A stretch of 32,000 nucleotides of DNA from Promethearchaeia archaeon (lineage in GTDB: Archaea > Asgardarchaeota > Lokiarchaeia > Sigyniarchaeales > SOKP01): the NCBI GenBank assembly GCA_046497275.1, contig JAWOFX010000057.1, positions 30,001 through 62,000 on the forward strand, in the 5' to 3' direction. The notes below the pieces were generated by a model. The model had not been told where the DNA came from, searched no databases, and worked only from the letters and a program-made list of their open reading frames with translations. Both the position numbers and the translations under genes were made by a program. Positions 25,615 to 32,000 of the stretch are shown piece after piece. Numbering within the stretch: position 1 is the first letter of the stretch; each line of letters begins with the position of its first letter.

Positions 25615-26974
25615 CTATAACACAATTGAAACCTTTTTATAGATATACTTTTGTTCGGGTATAAGAGAACTAGGACCAGCAAATATATAGGCTAAGATCG
25701 TGGAAATTGCTACTGGTATAAATAAGATTGGCAACCAACTCATTTCGATCACAATTACAATCGCTGAAATCGGATTGTTTGTTGCTGCACCTAGTACTGA
25801 GGAAATCCCAAGAATAACAAACAGTTCAAGGTATTCTTGATAAAAAATGTCCCCAAAAAAACCTTCCAATAATGTTCCTAAAAGTATAAGTGGGAGGATA
25901 ATTCCAGCACTATTTAAGGTTCCAATGGATAGAAAAATTCCAATCAAGAATATTACTATAAATAGAAAGAGAATATACCAAGGAATAGAGGCACTTATAA
26001 GATTTGTAAATAGCGTTAAATAATCAGAATCTGGTCCAATAATAAGATTTTCGAAATCACCCCCCAAATAGGGAACTATTAAAAATAAAAATAATGAATA
26101 TAAGATCGTTCCGAGAAATGGTAAAATCCATATGCTAGTTTTATCTGTGAAAAATTTTGAAAGCTTATTTATAAATCCTCTTAAAAGTCCCATAAATACA
26201 AATAGGAATAATTCTGAAAAAATTCCGAATATTATTGATAGAAAAATAAAATAAATGTAATTTACATTTTCCACATTAAGAATTTCATGGAGTTGGAGAA
26301 ACGGATCTAAACCAAAAAATGCAGCATATATAAAATATGCTATTGTAGCCGCGATGATCGATGGAATTAAAGATCGATATTTTATATGATTATTATATGG
26401 CAATTCCGCACAAAAAAGTGACCCTCCGATGGGTGATCTTAAGATAACCCCAGTACAAGCACTCGCTCCTGTAAATATAGATACATCCATATCTAAGGAA
26501 AATCTTTCTGATTTATAAAATAAATAGCCCAGATTACAACCTATTAAAAGTCCAGGTCCTTGTAATCCACAAATTACACCCGAACCAAAAGTCCAAGAAG
26601 TAGCAAGTGTTTTTCCTATCAAATTTTTTAATCTTTCAAATGATTTTGTTGGAACTTGAGGATTCGTTTCATGCAATATGTGCACATCTTCAACAAATTC
26701 TGCAGCACCTGTTCCCATCACGCGATCTAAACTAAAAACTTTAACGATAATACTTATTAATCCTCCAGCCATCATAGGGGTTATAAAATAAGGGAAAAAG
26801 CAAAAACCAAACTCAAAAATCATTAATAAATAAAAAAAAACCAACCATTAGAAATCCGCTAACAGTTCCTAGAATAATAGAAACTAAAATCAGACCCAAA
26901 TACTTTTTTAACCAAAGTTCCTCTAATTTAAAAAAATCTCTGACTTTTTTAAAAATATTTAATTTTTCTGTCAT
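25615..26974 (-). pseudogene. ClC-family chloride channel/transporter homolog, frameshifted at a T9 tract (26832-26840), without CBS domains
   Basis: The ATG at 26974 frame encodes a ClC-like first helix and stops at 26813-26815. Removing one T joins it to the 25615 ORF. ClC motifs are recognisable: GxxxGLQGP, SPIGGSLFCAE and GAATNNPISAIVIVIEM. Confidence 0.72.
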
Positions 26975-27026
26975 TTAGTTTTTTTTAATAAAATTAGTAA
27001 TAATTATATATTATTAGGTTTATAGA

Positions 27027-27575
27027 TTAAAAAGTATCAGTAAAACTCAAATCATTGTTTTTGTTTTCTTGAAAAACTTTATTTAAAATAGAAATTACCT
27101 CTTCTGGAGTTTCAGCCCCATAGATCTGATCGGATCGTCTATCATCAATTTTTTTATTAGCCATTTTAGCGGACCATCCTGGAACACTCGAAAGTGCTAT
27201 TATTGGTTTTTGATAAATCCACGCAAAACACATTTCAGAGAGTGTACCTGCTTTTCCTCCAATAGCAATTACGGCGTCACCACTTAAAACAACTATAAGA
27301 TTTCTTCCTTGTGAAAATGGGACAGGAATAACAATATCAACATAATCATTAGCGGCACTTTTTTCTTTGTAAGGAATTATTCCAATTGTTAAACCCTTTT
27401 CTTGTTTTACCCCCTTACACACTGCCTCCATCGCTCCAAAAAGCCCCCCACAAACCACAGCATAATTGTTTTGTGCCAAGAGCCTCCCTATTTTAATTGC
27501 TTTTTCCTCACTGTCTTTATCAATCTCACTTCCACAAATTACTGAAACCACTCCTTTGATTTTATCGAAAGACAT
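27027..27575 (-). CDS. LOG/SLOG family Rossmann-fold protein (TIGR00725-like)
   Basis: VCGGLFGAMEAVCKG, GLTIGIIP, and GRNLIVVLSGDAVIAIGGKAGTLSE. Confidence 0.85.
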   Translation of the reverse strand: MSFDKIKGVVSVICGSEIDKDSEEKAIKIGRLLAQNNYAVVCGGLFGAMEAVCKGVKQEKGLTIGIIPYKEKSAANDYVDIVIPVPFSQGRNLIVVLSGDAVIAIGGKAGTLSEMCFAWIYQKPIIALSSVPGWSAKMANKKIDDRRSDQIYGAETPEEVISILNKVFQENKNNDLSFTDTF

Positions 27576-27635
27576 AAGTTATGCATTTATTATATGAATT
27601 TTTAAATTTTTTAATATTGTTTTAATATCCATAAA

Positions 27636-28643
27636 TTACACGCGAGATCTGATTTTATGGATACTTATTATGTCATTTAATATTGCTGAGGCAGCTTCAT
27701 ATCCACCAGCCCCTCTTCCCATTAATATAATTGGTCCCGCATACTTTGTCTTAAATTCAATCACGTTTAGGGTTCCTCCAATATTGAGGGGAGAATCTTT
27801 GTCAATCATTCTTGGTTCAACGATCAGTTTATTATTCTCTGCAATAGCTAAATGTTTAATAACAAAGCCATCGGATTTCGCTAATTCGATCGCTTGTGGA
27901 GTAATTTTAGAGATACCAGTTATATCCGCATCGCCGATTTTTTTATTCCAATCAAGTAAAGCATTAGCTAGAATTACAATCTTCCCAGCGGCGTCATATC
28001 CTTCAATATCTAGACTTGGATCTGATTCAGCATATCCCAGCTCTTGAGCTTCTTTTAATGCTAATGAAAAATCAACCCCTTCAGAGGTCATTCTACTTAA
28101 AATATAATTCGAAGTACCATTAAGAATAGCTTTTATACTAATTATTTCATTACCCAATAAGCTTTCTTTTATTGAAATTGCTGGTACACAAGATGCAACA
28201 GTTGCTTCATACTTAACAAGACAATTATTTTGAAGCGCTAAATTATCTATTTTCTTATAATTAAGATAAAAAGGACCTTTATTTGATGCTACTACATCAA
28301 TATGATTTTCAATTGCTCTTAATATATGACTAAGAGCTGGTTCCCCTGTTTTTGGATTAGTTGGAGTAGTTTCAATACAAATATCAATCTCTAAATTAGG
28401 AATAGAATCAATTGCATTCACATTTTCATTCCAATCTTCTAAACTTCTGAAGTTGGCTCCCACTTCGATTATTTTTGAAATGTTTAATCCGTTATGATTG
28501 ATAAGTGCACCATCAAATTCGAATATAGCAATGATTGATAAATCTAAACCCCTTTTTTTCAACATAGGCTTTTTTTCTTCAATCAATTCCAAAAAACATG
28601 TTCCAACATTTCCTTTCCCAATTAAGCAGCAGTTTAATTTCAT
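27636..28643 (-). CDS. hom: Homoserine dehydrogenase (short form without an ACT domain)
   Basis: LIGKGNVG, VVASNKGP, YEATV, ILNGTSNYIL, AQELGYAESDPSLDIEGYDAAGK, and GRGAGGYEAASA. Confidence 0.93.
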   Translation of the reverse strand: MKLNCCLIGKGNVGTCFLELIEEKKPMLKKRGLDLSIIAIFEFDGALINHNGLNISKIIEVGANFRSLEDWNENVNAIDSIPNLEIDICIETTPTNPKTGEPALSHILRAIENHIDVVASNKGPFYLNYKKIDNLALQNNCLVKYEATVASCVPAISIKESLLGNEIISIKAILNGTSNYILSRMTSEGVDFSLALKEAQELGYAESDPSLDIEGYDAAGKIVILANALLDWNKKIGDADITGISKITPQAIELAKSDGFVIKHLAIAENNKLIVEPRMIDKDSPLNIGGTLNVIEFKTKYAGPIILMGRGAGGYEAASAILNDIISIHKIRSRV

Positions 28644-28682
28644 TTTCTTTAAACCTAAAATTAAGTTAGATTGTGAAGTAAC

Positions 28683-29174
28683 TTATGAATGAATGAGGAT
28701 AAGGTTCTTCTCTTTACATATTATATTTAATTCTTTGATTAATTCTTCTTTACTAATTGAATCTGGAAAGTCTAATTTAAATTTTACATTACTAATTTCA
28801 CTAATTTCTGTAAATTTGGCTTGTAACTCTTTCACTTTTATTCCTTTTTTTGCTAATCTTGTAATGGTATCAACAACATCTGTATCAAAAACATGACCAG
28901 TCATTATTATTGTTATATGTCGTTTCTCTACTCCTAGCGCAATTTTGTCAATACGTATATTTTTATCGCGTAATTCTTTCTTAATATTTTCAAGACTGGT
29001 CTCCTTTAATTTTTCATTGAGTTCAAATGTTATATTTACAGGAATCATATTATTTAACTTTTTATCGTGATGATGGAGAATTCCAAAGATATTTCCTCCA
29101 TTATTTGAGATGGGTTTAATTAATTCTATAAGACTGCCCGGTGTATCCGGAATCCGCACCTCTAAATCAATCAT
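28683..29174 (-). CDS. Tandem ACT-domain protein (stand-alone amino-acid-binding regulator upstream of hom)
   Basis: LEVRIPDTPGSLIELIKPISNNGGNIFGILH and a second unit, IIMTGHVFDTDVVDTI. Confidence 0.82.
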   Translation of the reverse strand: MIDLEVRIPDTPGSLIELIKPISNNGGNIFGILHHHDKKLNNMIPVNITFELNEKLKETSLENIKKELRDKNIRIDKIALGVEKRHITIIMTGHVFDTDVVDTITRLAKKGIKVKELQAKFTEISEISNVKFKLDFPDSISKEELIKELNIICKEKNLILIHS

Positions 29175-29235
29175 TTTCTTTATCTCTTTTACACTCTATT
29201 TTTAATTAATTTTCTCATTCTTTTTTAAATGGTTA

Positions 29236-29949
29236 CTATATAGAAGAGGGATTAAATCTCAAGAATTCTGGTATTCTTTCTCCACATTCGGGGCAGAACG
29301 ATAATCCTTCTGGGATATGTGAGCCGCATTTAGGACATTTAATCTTCCCAGCGGGAACCCCTTCAGCACTTTGATATGAGATGGTTTCTGTTGGGGTAAC
29401 ATATGATGTATCCTTCTTTTTAATATTTTTATAGATGATATATACAAAAGGAATACCAAATGCCCCAATCAATATAAACATCAAAATATACCCTAGTCCA
29501 AGTATCGCCTCATACGATTGTGTATATTCAAATAATCCATTGATACTTACATTAAATTGATAAAGACCGGGAAAGGTTTGAATTTTTGGTTGAGTTTTTA
29601 ATAAAAACGTGTCTGTTTGATTACTTCCTGAGAGTATTTTTGTTTCATTAATTTTATTAAAATATATATTAGCATAATTATCATTAATCGCGATGTTTAC
29701 ATGACCACTCTCATTCGATGTAATACTAATTTGAATTTGAGCCTCTATCCAAATAAGTTTTGGAAATTGAATACTTACATTTTTATTTGGAATTATTTGT
29801 GAGATATTAATATTAGATTTTTTTTTCTCTAAATTTTGAGCTTGGAAATAAGGATAAATAACTCCTAAAAATGAGAATGTAAAAATTAAACTAATAAAAA
29901 CTAAACTCTTTATCGAGGATTTTTGAAAATATTTCTTTTTGAAAGTCAT
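29236..29949 (-). CDS. Membrane protein with a beta-rich extracellular domain and a cytoplasmic double zinc ribbon
   Basis: N-terminal TM, Asn-rich beta region, second TM, then CPKCG...FCPECG. Confidence 0.7.
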   Translation of the reverse strand: MTFKKKYFQKSSIKSLVFISLIFTFSFLGVIYPYFQAQNLEKKKSNINISQIIPNKNVSIQFPKLIWIEAQIQISITSNESGHVNIAINDNYANIYFNKINETKILSGSNQTDTFLLKTQPKIQTFPGLYQFNVSINGLFEYTQSYEAILGLGYILMFILIGAFGIPFVYIIYKNIKKKDTSYVTPTETISYQSAEGVPAGKIKCPKCGSHIPEGLSFCPECGERIPEFLRFNPSSI

Positions 29950-29967
29950 AATAATATAATCCTTATT

Positions 29968-30954
29968 CTAGAATTTAATTACATCAATAAAAGAATTCTT
30001 CTTTCCATTATTTAATCTCAAAAGATTTTTTTCTTTAATAATTTTTCCAATAATATTTGCTTGTAAACCAAAATCCTTAAAAATGTCGACCATACTTTCA
30101 CAATCTTCCCTCTGAGCTGTTAGAACATATGATGTGGTCAAATACATTTTCGAATACATAGTTAAATCATAGTTAGCTTCCTTAAGAATAGGAGGGATTT
30201 CAATCTTATTAATATCAATATCCGCCCCGACATTCGAATATTTAATTAACTGTAATATAGTGCCAAAAATCCCCCCATTTGAAATATCTTTAGAGGCATT
30301 TGCAAGATGTTTTTCAGCAATGGTATTCATTGATTTTCTTTTTCTTAAAACTTCTTCAGAAGTCTTAAATGTGGTTGTATCAAAAAAGAATTTACTAGCT
30401 TTTCCAATCTTTCCATCAAAATCGGTGGCTAATATTATATAATCTCCAATTCGAGCTCCTCCCGCTGAAATATAATCTTCCTTTTTTATTTCACCAATCA
30501 TTGTTGAGCTTAATTCGTAGCATACACCGTTTGTATTGGTGTGTCCTCTTATAATGGGAACTTTAAATTTATTTGATCCCTCACATATTCCTTGAAGTAT
30601 TTGTTTTCCTATTTCTTCCTTTTTATAAGAGAGAATAATGCTTGCACCTAACGGAATCCCTCCACATGCGTATATATCATCAACACTAACTAAGATACTA
30701 CTAAAGCCGGCTCCAAAAGGATAATTTTCAATAAATGAAGTAATAATACGATCAGTTGTAATAAGAGTATATGTCTCACCATCTCGTATAGCTGCAGAGT
30801 CTTCACCGATATCAGAAAAAATCCGTTCGCTTTTATAGCTATTCGAGTCTATATATTGGACAATGGGATTAATTTCCTTTTTTTGAATTATATTTTTATT
30901 ATTTCTAATTGAATCTGCTAGTTCTCTTAATTTTTCAACCATTCTTTTATTCAA
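29968..30954 (-). CDS. AIR synthase (PurM-like)-related protein, methanogenesis marker 2/sll0787-like
   Basis: IGEDSAAI, AGFSSILVSVDDIYACGG, IIRGHTN and ASKDISNGGIFGT. Confidence 0.8.
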   Translation of the reverse strand: MNKRMVEKLRELADSIRNNKNIIQKKEINPIVQYIDSNSYKSERIFSDIGEDSAAIRDGETYTLITTDRIITSFIENYPFGAGFSSILVSVDDIYACGGIPLGASIILSYKKEEIGKQILQGICEGSNKFKVPIIRGHTNTNGVCYELSSTMIGEIKKEDYISAGGARIGDYIILATDFDGKIGKASKFFFDTTTFKTSEEVLRKRKSMNTIAEKHLANASKDISNGGIFGTILQLIKYSNVGADIDINKIEIPPILKEANYDLTMYSKMYLTTSYVLTAQREDCESMVDIFKDFGLQANIIGKIIKEKNLLRLNNGKKNSFIDVIKF

Positions 30955-31130
30955 TTTAAAAAAATCTTTATTGAGTTATAATTTTTAGTTTTTCAAGAAA
31001 ACTGTTTTTCTGTGTGAAATGATTAAATCGTTAATGATATTAATTTTTAAAATAAACTTATTAAATAAGATTTTTACATAGAATATTAAGACTACCAATA
31101 ATCAATTCAAAATAATGGACATAACTGAAA

Positions 31131-32000
31131 ATGGAAAATCTGTTTAAATCCTCAATAATCAAAGGTTTGGTTTTTTGTATTCATGATGATATTGGTCCGC
31201 AGCCAAAATATATGTGGCCAAATGCCGTCCCTGATGAACAAGTGGATAATAAGATCCCAATAAAAGAAGGAATATTGAGATTATCATATCAAAATTACAT
31301 GCAGATCGCTATTAAGAATTTGAGTCTGTTACTAAGTGATGAAATGATCTCAAAAAAAGCGATAAAAGATAAAAATATTGAATACTTTGCCATTGTGCCC
31401 TATCCTGATTATTATTTAACATCTTTAACATATTTTCATTATCTAAATATAAAAAAGAGAGAATATCCTATAGAAACGGCTTTTTCCTTGCTCATTAAGG
31501 AAAATAGAAGAAATTTTTTATACAATAATCATAACAGAATTAAAAACCTTATAACTGATTACTTTAAAATCATAGATGAAAGGCTGATAAATGGATTTAT
31601 TCCTCAAGAAGAATTAGAAAAAGATTTTAAAGATCTTTTAAAGGATTTAATCAAAATTGAGACTCAACCTTCAACTCCAGCGACAACACAGCGAAAAATG
31701 AAGATTATTTTAGCAGGCTTAGATGATTCGGGAAAAACTTCCTTTATATTTTCGATAGATAGAAAATTCTCTAAATTAATGGGGTTGAATCCTACAATGG
31801 GGGCAAAGGTTCAATCTATACAGGCATTAGGAGCCACTCTGTTTCTTTGGGATCTTGGGGGTCAAACTCATTTTCGGGAGAGTTATTTAACAAAATCCCA
31901 GATTTACATTTATGAATCTGACTTAATTTTTTATTTCATTGATTTGAAAAATGAAGAGAGATTCGAGGAAAGTTTAACCTATTTCAAGAATATTTATGAG
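31131..32000 (+). CDS. uDENN/longin-like + Rag/Arf-like GTPase, paralog of 10177-11589, truncated by the window edge (not in the ORF track)
   Basis: Translated by hand from ATG 31131 and open for 290 codons: LVFCIHDDIGPQPKYMWP...YFAIVPYPD...LTYF..., then KIILAGLDDSGKTS, PT and WDLGGQ. Confidence 0.85.
   Translation, partial: MENLFKSSIIKGLVFCIHDDIGPQPKYMWPNAVPDEQVDNKIPIKEGILRLSYQNYMQIAIKNLSLLLSDEMISKKAIKDKNIEYFAIVPYPDYYLTSLTYFHYLNIKKREYPIETAFSLLIKENRRNFLYNNHNRIKNLITDYFKIIDERLINGFIPQEELEKDFKDLLKDLIKIETQPSTPATTQRKMKIILAGLDDSGKTSFIFSIDRKFSKLMGLNPTMGAKVQSIQALGATLFLWDLGGQTHFRESYLTKSQIYIYESDLIFYFIDLKNEERFEESLTYFKNIYE

Noticed and set aside
26813-26815. TGA in the ClC N-terminal frame as a selenocysteine readthrough
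   Set aside because: The downstream ClC sequence is in a different frame, so a frameshift explains the break and readthrough does not.
2719-30442. Other short overlapping ORFs in the track (e.g. 2719-2973, 6044-6244, 7416-7730, 8336-8743, 17115-18103, 19372-19587, 20174-20502, 22171-22509, 22905-23234, 24934-25197, 25413-25664, 27670-28047, 28498-28896, 29259-29468, 30260-30442)
   Set aside because: They are antisense or alternate-frame overlaps of well-supported genes, with no recognisable motifs.
29968-30954. AIR-synthase-like gene as selenophosphate synthetase SelD
   Set aside because: It lacks the N-terminal (C/U)GCK motif and fits the marker-2/sll0787 group better.
1-32000. tRNA, rRNA, IS elements or prophage genes
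   Set aside because: No cloverleaf, rRNA-like GC-rich tract, transposase, integrase or terminal inverted repeat pair was recognised by eye. A covariance-model scan was not run.

Overview
This is an AT-rich, gene-dense archaeal window, most likely from an Asgard archaeon (Lokiarchaeia-like). That assignment is inferred from ribosomal protein eL13 together with four Rag/Gtr-like small GTPase genes, roadblock and longin domains, and GGTGA Shine-Dalgarno motifs. Housekeeping genes include Ogg glycosylase, a PfkB nucleoside kinase, a Trm9-like methyltransferase, eL13, hom, an ACT protein, thrC, a LOG-family protein and an AIR-synthase-like protein. The most striking part is a co-oriented minus-strand run at 13626-23728. 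In transcription order it encodes two tandem Rag-like GTPase-roadblock paralogs, a stand-alone 7TM protein, a zinc-ribbon-roadblock protein, a clear CD36/SR-BI/LIMP-2-family scavenger receptor homolog with a ~300-aa insertion, and a membrane-anchored DUF285/BspA repeat protein with 26 repeats. Two more genes fuse a uDENN/longin-like N-terminus to a Rag-like GTPase; one is complete and ends in a roadblock-like domain, the other is cut by the window edge. Other oddities are a probable AUU start on an HTH-V4R regulator, a frameshifted ClC gene with altered signature motifs, a 27-bp palindrome upstream of the DUF285 gene, and a 12-bp motif shared by two orphan-gene promoters. No rRNA, tRNA, CRISPR array or transposase was recognised. 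All family calls come from motif recognition by eye; no database searches were run.
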